Source: a bacterium | GTDB taxonomy: Bacteria; Vulcanimicrobiota; Xenobia; Xenobiales; Xenobiaceae | Direction of reading: 5' to 3' | DNA length: 37,579 bases | Assembly (NCBI GenBank): GCA_017444045.1 | Contig: JAFSXO010000047.1 | Coordinates: forward strand, 1 to 37,579 | Shown here: in pieces, positions 24,765 through 33,962 of the stretch | How the letters are laid out: each line of letters begins with the position of its first letter | Position numbering within the stretch: position 1 is the stretch's first letter | Notes under the pieces: generated by a model | Told to the model about the DNA's origin: nothing | Database searches by the model: none | The model's input: the letters and a program-made list of their open reading frames with translations, nothing else | Position numbers and translations under genes: made by a program

Positions 24765-27614
24765 ATGGGAATAACGTGTTGCAAGGGAATGCGCGATATT
24801 CTTCCTGCAGAGATGGATTCTTGGTATCATCTTGAGGAGATTGCGTTTCGTTTAGCGAGAACCTACGGTTATAAAGAAATCCGTACACCGTTTTTTGAGC
24901 TTAAAGAGCTTTTCACTAGCTGCATTGGCCGCGATTCTGGTACAGTGCAGAGCAAATTATGGACGCTCAAGGGCCCTGCTGGAGAGAATTGGGTTCTGCG
25001 TCCCGATATGACCGCCTCAACTCTGCGGGCTTACTGTGAGAATCGCCTGTATTTGGAGGCGGAGGGGCCGACAAAGCTGTACTACTTTGGCCCTGTATTT
25101 CAGCACAACGGCGGGCGCAAGTCTATTAATTGGCAGGGCTACCAATTTGGCGTAGAAGCCTTGGGCACTGGCGATCCTATAAGCGATGCCGAAGTTATTA
25201 TGATGGCCTGCGATCTTTGCCATGGTCTGGAATTGCCGGAGGTCTGCGTTCATCTTAATACCTTAGGATGCAGCCATTGCCGTCCTGCGTACCAGCAGAT
25301 GTTAAGCGAATTCTTGGCCAGCCACAGCAGTTCGCTGTGCTCTGTATGCCAGAGCCGCTATAAAAACCGGCCCCTGTGGGTCTTGGGCTGCCATGATGAT
25401 AAGTGCCGCGAACTGACTAGCATGGTGCCTTCAATACATGGCTATCTGTGCGAGGAGTGTCTGGCGCATTTTAAGACGCTCTGCAGCTATTTAAGTGAGC
25501 TAAAGGTTGATTATATTGTTGACCCGCTGACAGTGCGCGATGTTGACTGCTATTGCCGCACTATTTTCCAGGTAGCCTGCGCTGGTCGCATGGTAGCCTT
25601 TGGCGGCCGATACGATGGTATGGGCCAGCGGGCTTTGGAAACCGACAGCGAGGTCGGCCCCATTCAGGCTGTCGGATGCTCTATGGATATTGAGCCTCTG
25701 CTGAATCTTGTCGATGAAATGCAGATCCCTATCAGCAGCGCTCCGTCGGCTCCTATGGTTTGTTTTGTAGGAGAATCTCCCGAGGCCGTTCAGCTGATGA
25801 TGCCTGTGCTCTATGCGCTACGGCGCAGGCGTATAGCCGCTGAAATGCGCAGAGATGAGGAGATCGCCACTTTGCCTCGGTCTTGCTCGCTGTCGCGGTT
25901 TGTCGTGGTTCTGCGCGATACCGATGTGCGCGGCCGTATGGTAAAGTTTATAGACAATGGCGTGAAGAAGGCTGAAAGAATGGGCCTTGAGAATGCAATT
26001 GCCATTATATGCCGCGAGCTGAAGCTTAAGAATTTGTCTGCGGAGCTTCGGCCTCAGGATAACCGCAATTGGCCGATCGCTACGCGCAGCCATCACACCT
26101 TAGACAGCAGCAGAGCAAAGCGAGCCAGTGAACCGAAGGCGCGCCAATCCCGGCATGCCGGCCTGAAATATGATCAATTAGGAAGCCTGCGCGATTCCCG
26201 TGGGCGTAAGGCGCCCTATCCTGTTCTGGCGCATGACAAGGGGCTGTCCAGCCGCGAGCGCAAACGCCGCAATCCCGAAGCAGAGGATTCTATGGAAGCT
26301 GCCAAAGGTGTTGCTCCCTACAGGAATGGAAGAACGCGCAGTTATCCCGAGCCTATGGTGTCGCACTCTCAGCACGATAAGAAGGGGCTGGCATCGCACA
26401 AGGCTTTGGGCAATTCTATGGCAGTGGTTCCGCTTGCTCCCGCCAGTTTGGGCCGCTCGCATGGGTCAGAGGATGAGCAATATCTGTATATACATGATGA
26501 TATGCTGGGCCATAGGAAAGCTGGGAACGCGGTAAGAGGAAGCGAAGGCGGGCGCCGGCATAAGATGACTGGCGTGGGTAGCTCCACTAGTCCGTTAGAT
26601 TTTTCTGTGTACGACGACGGTTTAGAAGGCTCGTATGTTTATCCCAATGAAGCAGCGCAGGATGCGCTTGCTACCGCCAGGGGCAAACATTCAAGACGCA
26701 GAGGAGCCGGCGAGGCAAATTATAATGTCGGTGGTTATCACGATATAGTGCTTCAGAACACTGAGTATGGCGAATTTCTGCCTTTATCCAGTGATGGAGA
26801 CGGCAGGGAGAGAGCTTCCTCTGGTGTATTGCAGCGCGCTGCCCTTTGGAACGCTGAGCGTTATGGTGATGGCGATGAAGCCGATTACCTGGCTTTTGGC
26901 TCCGACTCTCATGGGAGTCCGCGCAGTGGCCGCCAGAGTCTGGCACGCAATCGCAGACTCAAAGAGCAGGCTGCTGCCAGCGGTGCTGATAAAGCTCACC
27001 AAAAAGCAGAGCTGGCGGATGAGAAGCTGGCTGATTCTGTGTTCGCTGGCGATGAAATGGCCAAAAAAGACATAGCCGATAGTTCTATGGCTAAGGCTGT
27101 GCCTGCTGAGGATGTCAGCGCAGATCTCGATGCGCCAGGAGAGTCAGCCGACAAGAAGTCTGCTAAGCGAGCCGCTCCCAAGAAGCCGGCTAAGCAGGCC
27201 GCAGATAAGCGCCGTAACACCTCTTCAAAGCGCCAGTCGTCGGGTAAAGCTAAAGCTGAGGCGAATGATAAGCTTACAGCGGAAGTTCCGCCCTGCTTAG
27301 AATCTGACAGCTCAGCAGATAAGCAGGCGGCGGATATGATAGTAGCAGCTATCGCCGCCGCTGAAGAGCGGCCAGAGATAAAGGCTGAGCTTCTGGCAGA
27401 AGAAGCCGAGCCGTCCGCCGTTGCTTCTAAGCCCAAGGGCAGGCGCGCTGCCGCTGCGGGGAAGACGGTCAAGGCGAAACGAACCACTTCAACAGTGCGC
27501 GGCCGAAAGAATGCGGCCAAAGCTCTGGCGGCTGATGATATAGAACAGGCCGTACAGCAATCCGGAAACGGCGAGCAGGCACCGCCGGCTGGCGGCGCGG
27601 AGCCTGAAGAGTAA
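24765..27614 (+). CDS. Histidyl-tRNA synthetase-like protein with degenerate catalytic motifs fused to a ~520-aa basic low-complexity tail
   Basis: HisRS-like 'KGMRDILPAEMDSWYHLEE', the Cys-rich insertion-domain pattern, 'GGRYDGM' and an anticodon-binding-like segment. However 'FQHNGGRKSINWQGYQFGVEALG' replaces 'fRYERPQ..R.F.Q', and 'VRDVDCYCRTIFQV' replaces 'RGLDYYTG.vFE'. From ~26040 onward the sequence is R/K/S/A-rich and looks disordered. Confidence 0.8.
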   Translation: MGITCCKGMRDILPAEMDSWYHLEEIAFRLARTYGYKEIRTPFFELKELFTSCIGRDSGTVQSKLWTLKGPAGENWVLRPDMTASTLRAYCENRLYLEAEGPTKLYYFGPVFQHNGGRKSINWQGYQFGVEALGTGDPISDAEVIMMACDLCHGLELPEVCVHLNTLGCSHCRPAYQQMLSEFLASHSSSLCSVCQSRYKNRPLWVLGCHDDKCRELTSMVPSIHGYLCEECLAHFKTLCSYLSELKVDYIVDPLTVRDVDCYCRTIFQVACAGRMVAFGGRYDGMGQRALETDSEVGPIQAVGCSMDIEPLLNLVDEMQIPISSAPSAPMVCFVGESPEAVQLMMPVLYALRRRRIAAEMRRDEEIATLPRSCSLSRFVVVLRDTDVRGRMVKFIDNGVKKAERMGLENAIAIICRELKLKNLSAELRPQDNRNWPIATRSHHTLDSSRAKRASEPKARQSRHAGLKYDQLGSLRDSRGRKAPYPVLAHDKGLSSRERKRRNPEAEDSMEAAKGVAPYRNGRTRSYPEPMVSHSQHDKKGLASHKALGNSMAVVPLAPASLGRSHGSEDEQYLYIHDDMLGHRKAGNAVRGSEGGRRHKMTGVGSSTSPLDFSVYDDGLEGSYVYPNEAAQDALATARGKHSRRRGAGEANYNVGGYHDIVLQNTEYGEFLPLSSDGDGRERASSGVLQRAALWNAERYGDGDEADYLAFGSDSHGSPRSGRQSLARNRRLKEQAAASGADKAHQKAELADEKLADSVFAGDEMAKKDIADSSMAKAVPAEDVSADLDAPGESADKKSAKRAAPKKPAKQAADKRRNTSSKRQSSGKAKAEANDKLTAEVPPCLESDSSADKQAADMIVAAIAAAEERPEIKAELLAEEAEPSAVASKPKGRRAAAAGKTVKAKRTTSTVRGRKNAAKALAADDIEQAVQQSGNGEQAPPAGGAEPEE

Positions 27615-27630
27615 ACCTTTTCGGCATGGC

Positions 27631-27668
27631 AAGGCTGAGTATCCGTTAGGATATTTAGCCTTTTTTTC
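27631..27668 (+). terminator. Intrinsic terminator after the HisRS-like gene
   Basis: Stem 'aaggctgagtatcc'/'ggatatttagcctt' (two mismatches, loop 'gtta') followed by 'tttttttc'. Confidence 0.75.
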
Positions 27669-27716
27669 TAATATGGTATCGATGCTGGAAGCTGGAGTGG
27701 GCTAGGGGAGATAATT

Positions 27717-29987
27717 ATGCGCGGACATTGGCGAGAGTTTACAATAATGTCGGCAGCGATGGCTGCAATGCTGGCGGTATTCTTTTTCCCCGCGGTGTTT
27801 AAGAATGTCCTGATATACAGCGGGGATTTCTCTGGCTCGGATCTGCTGGAGCTGAATATTCCCCGACGCGCCCTGGCCGCCGAAGCTGTAGCCAACGGGG
27901 AGCTTCCTCTTTGGGAAGCGCGTTTGGGAAGCGGCCTGCCCCTGCTGGCCGAAGGGCAGGCAGGTATTTTCTATCCCACGACCCTGCCGCTGTATTTAAG
28001 CTGCTCGCTTACGTCCGCGACTAACTATAGCCTTCTGCTCACGCTATGGATCGCCATGGCCGGCAGCTATTGGCTGGCCCGCTCATACGGCGTCTCTCCT
28101 ATGTGCGCGGTATTTGCCGCTCTGGCTTATGGCTTGGGCGGGAGCTTTGTCTTTAGGCTGAAGCATTTAAATATGGTGCAGGTGATCGCCTGGCTGCCCT
28201 GCAGCCTAGCTTTGCTGCGCTTATTTTGGCTCAGCTTTAAACCGAGATATTGGCTTCTGCTGGTGCTGGTTTGGGCTTGCCAGTTCTTAGCGGGGCATCC
28301 CCATGTGACCTATATCTGCTGGCTCGCCTGCGGCCTTTACGCTTTGGCCTTGTTCGCTGAGCCTCGCCATGAAGCTCTGAGCAGGCTGGCGCTCGATCCA
28401 GCCGCCCATAACGCTGGCGGTGAAGCTCCCAGGTGTGAGGGGCGCAGAATGGCGCATATGCTGGCCATGATGATCCTGGGAGTGCTATTTGCTCTGCTGC
28501 TGAGCGCGGTGCAGCTTCTTCCGACCTGGGAGCTGGTTCACAGCTCTAACAGAGCTGCGGCCAAGACCTGGGAAACCCTGCAGCAGTACCCTTTTAAGCT
28601 GGAGCATATTTTGCGCCTGGCTGCGCCATACAGCTCTGGCAGTCCCGCAGATGGGACATACAAGGAGAATATCTATACAGAAGGCGTCTTTTGGGAATCA
28701 ACGCCATATATCGGCTTAATTCCTTTGGGCTTGGCCTTGCTGGGCTTGTTTGTGCTGCAGCGGCGCTCTGTGTGGCTGATAGCAGGGCTGGCTCTGCTCT
28801 TTTTGTGGACGGCCCTGGGCCCTCAGGGGGGACTGTTTTGGCTGTTTTGGAAATTCTGCCCGGCCTTTCATCTGTTCCGCTTTCCCGCCCGTCTGCTCAT
28901 ACCATTTCAGTGCTTTGCCGCTCTGCTGGCGGCGCTGGGAGCGCAGGCCACTGCTTCCTGGCTGGAGCAGCGCTATGGAAAGAGCCTGACGCGGGGCGTT
29001 ATGCTGGGGCTGCTGGTTTTCACCTTTGCCGACTTATATCGCATCAGCAGCCAGTATCAGGAGTATCTGCCTTCAGACTGGGAAAAACCGCCCGCGGTAT
29101 GCAGCCTGATGGGCGCGGAGTTTCAGCGCGTTTATTCTCCTACCTATATGACCTCCTGGAGTCAGACCGCGCAGTCTGGCTGGAAGGGCGCTCAGAGCCG
29201 CCTGCTTTACCATCTAAGCGTATTGGCTCCGGATTTGGCTGCAGTCTGGGGGGTTAACTGCCATTCCGATCACGTCGCCCTGGAAGGCGGAGTCGAATTG
29301 GCACCTTATTTTTGCCTGCAGGTCTGCGAAGCCTATTGCGTGGCCAAGGGCATGGGGCGCGATGGCACTCTGTCCCTGCCCGTGTCTATGCTCAGATGGC
29401 TTAAAGCTCAGGGCGTATCTCACATTCTTTCCTTTGTGCCTCTGTGCGATATCGATGACGAGCTGATCGCTGATACACGCGTAATCAATAATTCGGATTA
29501 TCCTGAGCAGCCGCTTTATGTTTACGCAGTGCGCGAGCCCCTGCCCATGTGGCGGCTCGTGTCCTGTGCGGGAGTAACCGAAAAGGCGCCGCAGCTGATA
29601 GAGGAAATCGAAGCAAGGCAGGGGGCCGCAGGCGGTCAGTCGCTGTATGAAATTCAGCCGGGCTGCGGGCAGGCGCCTGGGACGCTGAAGGAAATTCAGA
29701 ATAAGCGTTTAGAGGCTATGCTTGAGGTCTCCTGTCCGGAGCGCTGCTATCTGACGCTGGCCGCCAATTACGATGGCAATTGGCGGGTCTTTGACGAGCA
29801 GGGCCGGGAGCTGCCCCTGCTGCGCTTTAATCACGCGTATCAGGCGGTTTTGCTCGAGCCAGGCGAGCACCGCTTAACCTGGCAGTACCATTCTTTGGCA
29901 TTTTCCTGGGGCTGGAAGTTGTCTTTAATCGCCCTGGTGCTGTGGCTGACCTTGGCGGTATGGCAGTCTCGTAAACTAGGCGATTAA
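27717..29987 (+). CDS. YfhO-family polytopic membrane protein (putative glycosyl-transfer/glycan-modifying)
   Basis: SD 'ggggag'. Many TM segments. 'LPLWEARLGSGLPLLAEGQAGIFYP' matches the conserved N-terminal YfhO region. Large C-terminal extracytoplasmic domain and a terminal TM. Confidence 0.7.
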   Translation: MRGHWREFTIMSAAMAAMLAVFFFPAVFKNVLIYSGDFSGSDLLELNIPRRALAAEAVANGELPLWEARLGSGLPLLAEGQAGIFYPTTLPLYLSCSLTSATNYSLLLTLWIAMAGSYWLARSYGVSPMCAVFAALAYGLGGSFVFRLKHLNMVQVIAWLPCSLALLRLFWLSFKPRYWLLLVLVWACQFLAGHPHVTYICWLACGLYALALFAEPRHEALSRLALDPAAHNAGGEAPRCEGRRMAHMLAMMILGVLFALLLSAVQLLPTWELVHSSNRAAAKTWETLQQYPFKLEHILRLAAPYSSGSPADGTYKENIYTEGVFWESTPYIGLIPLGLALLGLFVLQRRSVWLIAGLALLFLWTALGPQGGLFWLFWKFCPAFHLFRFPARLLIPFQCFAALLAALGAQATASWLEQRYGKSLTRGVMLGLLVFTFADLYRISSQYQEYLPSDWEKPPAVCSLMGAEFQRVYSPTYMTSWSQTAQSGWKGAQSRLLYHLSVLAPDLAAVWGVNCHSDHVALEGGVELAPYFCLQVCEAYCVAKGMGRDGTLSLPVSMLRWLKAQGVSHILSFVPLCDIDDELIADTRVINNSDYPEQPLYVYAVREPLPMWRLVSCAGVTEKAPQLIEEIEARQGAAGGQSLYEIQPGCGQAPGTLKEIQNKRLEAMLEVSCPERCYLTLAANYDGNWRVFDEQGRELPLLRFNHAYQAVLLEPGEHRLTWQYHSLAFSWGWKLSLIALVLWLTLAVWQSRKLGD

Positions 29988-30123
29988 TGTCATTTAGTTA
30001 AGTCCCTCGCCAAAACATGGTATTGAAACGGCGTGGTAACCAGGGCGCAAATAAGCAAGCAATGCTTGGACAGCATTGATAAACAACGTGCCGACTGGAT
30101 GGTTGAAGCCATCGTTTTGGTGC

Positions 30124-30726
30124 TCAATCTCTTTGCGGCGTTTGTTCAGCTTGCTGTTCATCAGGCTGTGCCTGAGCCTGCTCCTTTTCTGCTTCCTGAT
30201 CTTGCCCTTCTTGAAGCTGCTGATCCTGGCTTGATTGCACCTGTTGCTCCTTGCCTTCTTGTGCCTGCTTGCTGCTGTCCTTGTGGGCTTTATCTGTCTG
30301 AAGCACTTTGACCATATCACTCAGCTTCGGCTGTTGTTTGCTCTGCTGTTTCCGCGCTTCTTCCTGTTGCCTCTGAATCTCCTGCTGAATCTGTTGCTGC
30401 TGGCGCTGTTCCTCCAGTTGTTTCGCTTTTGCTTGGTTTTTATAGCTGATTCCCGTAGCGGCGGTGATGAGAGCTATAATAGTAAATACTATTAATACTG
30501 CTTTTTTTGCGCTGGGGTTATCAATGCCGCCTGCTACGGCAAAGCCTATCAGCATGATTATGATGCACGATAGCCACCAAAAATAAAACGTCAGGATCGT
30601 CATAATGAAAGAGATAAAACAAGCGCCGACCAGCTTGTCCTTTATGCCTTTGCCGGCAAAGAATAAGCCTAGAATAAAGTATATAATCAGATAAAATGCG
30701 GTCAAATGTTCCATAATGCCATCCAT
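30124..30726 (-). CDS. Small membrane protein (4 predicted TM) with a Gln/Glu-rich coiled-coil tail, hypothetical
   Basis: SD 'ggaggtga' lies 8 nt upstream of the ATG. The TM-rich N-terminal half is followed by 'QLEEQRQQQQIQQEIQRQQEEARKQQSKQQ'. The sequence context is AT-rich. Confidence 0.65.
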   Translation of the reverse strand: MDGIMEHLTAFYLIIYFILGLFFAGKGIKDKLVGACFISFIMTILTFYFWWLSCIIIMLIGFAVAGGIDNPSAKKAVLIVFTIIALITAATGISYKNQAKAKQLEEQRQQQQIQQEIQRQQEEARKQQSKQQPKLSDMVKVLQTDKAHKDSSKQAQEGKEQQVQSSQDQQLQEGQDQEAEKEQAQAQPDEQQAEQTPQRD

Positions 30727-31033
30727 GACAAACTGTCACCTCCAATTGCTCATTACAGATATGCTTAGCACCATATCATTGGGTTCAGCTACAGTAGCAT
30801 CTTATCAAAGAATAATGACAGCCTTTGTCATCTTAAGTGACCCCCTTTGAATTATTTTTTAAGTTGGATGTTCATGTTTTGGCAGCGCCAGGCTATAATT
30901 GACTTAAATAGCCGAAATAGAATTGCCCCATTCCTGATAAATGAAATTGTGTTGGCCAGGCGATTAGCTGAATGGCCTGGCATGAGGAAAGGGCTGATGC
31001 CGCGAATAAAAATAAGATAGTTAACATTTTTGG

Positions 31034-31513
31034 GTGACTGCTATGAATTGGCTGAAGTACAAGTTTAACGAAGCATGGTATAAGTGCGTGAACTTTTATC
31101 ACGTAGACCCGGTCATATTTATCGTGCTTTATGTGATCAAAAGTGTAATCTTTTGGTGGCTTATGGCAGTTATCCTCAAGCGCGCGATGCGGCGCCAGTG
31201 GGAGGGTTTGGCCTTGCTGGTGACGCTCAACGCCGCCGTTGATGTGGTGCCCTGGGTGTATGTCTGGATCTGGGGCGACAATCAGCCCTGGTGGTATCAG
31301 TATATGGTCTACTTTATTGGCGGATGGGGCTTTGTAGGCATATATCTAGACATTAGGCGCAAAACTAAGAATAGGGCCGCCGCTCAGAACGGCGCTTCTG
31401 GCCAGGATAATGCTACCGGCCAGGATGATGCCAGACAGAATAACAGTTTAAGCGTTCCTGCCTCCGACGTATCCGAGCCAAGCGAAGACATGGCCGCTCA
31501 GAAGCCTGTGTAG
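31034..31513 (+). CDS. Small Trp-rich membrane protein with an N/Q/D-rich tail, hypothetical
   Basis: The ORF-track start is GTG 31034, but ATG 31043 is equally plausible. TM segments 'VIFIVLYVIKSVIFWWLMAVIL' and 'WWYQYMVYFIGGWGFVGIYL'. Confidence 0.6.
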   Translation: MTAMNWLKYKFNEAWYKCVNFYHVDPVIFIVLYVIKSVIFWWLMAVILKRAMRRQWEGLALLVTLNAAVDVVPWVYVWIWGDNQPWWYQYMVYFIGGWGFVGIYLDIRRKTKNRAAAQNGASGQDNATGQDDARQNNSLSVPASDVSEPSEDMAAQKPV

Positions 31514-31604
31514 CGCAGATTCTTCAGGACGCGCCCAGCTGCCGATATTGCCCTAAACAGTGAAGCGGCAAAGGTTTGCCTGGGCTTTATTAGAAATTAT
31601 TAGG

Positions 31605-32552
31605 ATGAAAATATTAAGTATTTTATCTTCGGCGGTCATCTCTGTGGCCGCTTTGTCATTATTTTCCGCGCCGCTGCAGGCTGCTTCCGAATGTAAGCCT
31701 GCGTGTAATAGCTGCCAAAGCTGTGCGGCTGTGTCTCCTTTGCACGAGCGCATCGCTGAGGCTGTGGCGTATGTGCGCACTAAATCCTCGCTGGTGCCGG
31801 AATACGCCATTGTGCTCGGCTCTGGCTTTGATAAGTTTGGCGATGAGCTTACCGATGCGGTAGCCGTTCCGTACGGTGAAATCCCCGGCTTTGCCGTCTC
31901 CACGGCGCCCGGTCATAAGGGCGAGCTTATTCTTGGCAAGCTTGAGGGCAAAAACGTTGTCGTTATGAGGGGACGCGTCCATCTGTATGAGGGCTACACG
32001 CCGCAGCAGGTGGTTTTCCCCGTGCAGGTTATGCGGGCCTTGGGTGCTAAGCGCATGATCATCAGCAACGCCAGCGGTGCTATACGCAACGATCTGGCTT
32101 TGGGAGAGCTGATGATAATCAAAGACCATATCAATATGACGGGATGCAATCCTTGTGTCGGCCCCAATGACGATAAAGTCGGGCCGCGCTTTTTCCCCGT
32201 ATCATCGGCTTATGATAACGATATGCGCTGCGCGGCGCTGCGCACGGCTGCCCGTGAGGGCTTTAAGCTCAGCGAAGGTATTTATGTCGGTATGCGCGGA
32301 CCATCTTATGAGACCCTGGCTGAGAATCGTATGCTCAGCGCTTGGGGCGGAGATGCCGTGGGCATGTCTACCGTGCTGGAGATTATCGAGGCGGCCCACT
32401 GCGGTATGAGCGTATTTGGCGTGACCTGCGTAACCGATGTCCTGAACGATGAGGACAGCGAGGATATGGAGCAGGCGGTCATTCAGGCCGGCGAGCGCGC
32501 CTGCCAGCGCTTCGTTAAGCTGGTGCGCGGTATACTGCGTGACAGCAAATAG
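31605..32552 (+). CDS. Purine nucleoside phosphorylase paralogue with an N-terminal signal peptide and Cys-rich linker
   Basis: From ATG 31605 the protein begins 'MKILSILSSAVISVAALSLFSAPLQAASECKPACNSCQSCAAV'. A full PNP core follows: 'AIVLGSGFDKFGD', 'MRGRVHLYEG', 'GPSYETLAE' and 'GMSTVLEIIEA'. The specificity position reads 'CVTD' (Asp), not 'CITN'. Confidence 0.85.
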   Translation: MKILSILSSAVISVAALSLFSAPLQAASECKPACNSCQSCAAVSPLHERIAEAVAYVRTKSSLVPEYAIVLGSGFDKFGDELTDAVAVPYGEIPGFAVSTAPGHKGELILGKLEGKNVVVMRGRVHLYEGYTPQQVVFPVQVMRALGAKRMIISNASGAIRNDLALGELMIIKDHINMTGCNPCVGPNDDKVGPRFFPVSSAYDNDMRCAALRTAAREGFKLSEGIYVGMRGPSYETLAENRMLSAWGGDAVGMSTVLEIIEAAHCGMSVFGVTCVTDVLNDEDSEDMEQAVIQAGERACQRFVKLVRGILRDSK

Positions 32553-32667
32553 ATCCGATGCGCAGGCAGATTGCTAAATGTGCCTCTGCTTTCTGTTAGG
32601 CTAGATGACGCTAAGCTGCCAGCATTGCACTTTCTATAGCTATTCTTAGCCAACATATCCTTGACAA

Positions 32668-32717
32668 TAAAAAAGCCATGCCCAGTAACTATCGTTCTGC
32701 GCACGGCTTTTTTTATT
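32668..32717. terminator. Bidirectional terminator-like hairpin between the convergent PNP paralogue and apgM
   Basis: An A-run ('aataaaaaa') is followed by the imperfect stem 'gccatgc'/'gcacggc' with inner 'cag'/'ctg' pairs, then 'ttttttt'. Confidence 0.55.
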
Positions 32718-32735
32718 GATTATTAGATATGATGC

Positions 32736-33962
32736 TTAGGCGCCAAACTTGTTCAGACGTCCGGCATAGGCCATCATCTGCGCCATATTCTCCACGGCGG
32801 GGAAGGTGCCGAGAGTGCCGCCAGCGCAGGCGATCTCGCCAAAGCTGTTCTGGTTGGGCTTTACGCGGATGTTCTTAGCGTGCAGCAGATAGGGCACGGG
32901 ATGCCAGCTGTGGCTCTTCATCTGGCAGGGGGTGGAGTGGTCGCCGGTGATGACCAATACGTCGGGATTGAGATCCAGAACCTTGGGCAGCAGCTGATCT
33001 ACCTGCTCGATGATGGCGCACTTTTTGGCAAAGTTGCCGTCTTCTCCGAAGGAGTCGGTATACTTGATGTGCATGAAGAAGAAATCGAACTTATCCCAGT
33101 TGGCTTTCAGGCACTCAAACTCATCGGGAATATCGGCGGGGACGGGCAGCATGTTCATGCCGACCAAACGGGCCAGGCCGCGGTACATCGGGTAGATGGC
33201 GATGCAGGCCGAATTGAATTTGTAAATGTCGTTGAACATGGGCATGGCCGGACGGATGGCAAAGCCGCGCATCAGCAAGCCGTTGGCGGGATGCTGATCC
33301 TTAATCGCCTCGAAGGCCTGTTTCTGGAATTCGTTGACGACCTCTGACGCTTTGCGGGCGGCTTCGCAGTCCTCGTGTCCCATTAAGGGATGAGACTGCA
33401 GCGGGGCCACGCCGGTCTTCTGCGAGTCGGTATCGCTGATCTTGTCGGAGAACTTAGGGCCGCGGAATACGACGACAGCGCGGTAGTCCTTTTCGGGCAT
33501 CATAAAGATTTCTACGCCGGGGATGCTGACTTTAGCTTTAATGATATTGCACAGCTCGATGCACTTTTCGGTCGCTATGCGTCCGGCACGGCGGTCGGTA
33601 ACCAAACCATTTTCGTCTAGCGTGGCGAAGTTGATGCGCGAGGCTAAATCGGTAGGCTGCAGATCGAAGTCAACACCCAGGGCGGACAGAACGCCGCGGC
33701 CAATGTTGTACTTGAGAGGCTCGTAACCGAACAGCGCCATATGGGCCGGGCCGCTGCCAGGGGTGATGCCGCGGGCAATAGGTATAGTCTGACCTAATTC
33801 AGACTTGGCGGCCAGCTCATCCAAATTGGGAGTAAGCGCGTGCTCCAGTTCGGTCTGCTGGCAGGCAGAATTGGTAAGACCACCCAAACCATCCATTACC
33901 ATCAGAACCATTTTAGTCTTTTCGGGAATGGAAAGGTCGCTTAGCAACTCCAGACGATCCAT
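32736..33962 (-). CDS. apgM: Cofactor-independent phosphoglycerate mutase, archaeal type (ApgM family)
   Basis: SD 'ggaggt'. Motifs 'MVLMVMDGLGG' and 'ITGDHSTPC'. Size 408 aa. Confidence 0.9.
   Translation of the reverse strand: MDRLELLSDLSIPEKTKMVLMVMDGLGGLTNSACQQTELEHALTPNLDELAAKSELGQTIPIARGITPGSGPAHMALFGYEPLKYNIGRGVLSALGVDFDLQPTDLASRINFATLDENGLVTDRRAGRIATEKCIELCNIIKAKVSIPGVEIFMMPEKDYRAVVVFRGPKFSDKISDTDSQKTGVAPLQSHPLMGHEDCEAARKASEVVNEFQKQAFEAIKDQHPANGLLMRGFAIRPAMPMFNDIYKFNSACIAIYPMYRGLARLVGMNMLPVPADIPDEFECLKANWDKFDFFFMHIKYTDSFGEDGNFAKKCAIIEQVDQLLPKVLDLNPDVLVITGDHSTPCQMKSHSWHPVPYLLHAKNIRVKPNQNSFGEIACAGGTLGTFPAVENMAQMMAYAGRLNKFGA

Noticed and set aside
28691-29257. 188-aa alternative-frame ORF within the YfhO-like gene
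   Set aside because: It lies entirely inside the longer TM-rich ORF whose frame carries the family motif. It is Gly/Ala/Arg-rich in the manner of an off-frame reading.
29994-30495. ORFs 29994-30320 (-), 30033-30311 (+) and 30235-30495 (+), which overlap the Q-rich tail gene
   Set aside because: CAG/CTG-rich low complexity keeps several frames open. Only the 30124-30726 frame joins an SD-preceded ATG to a TM domain.
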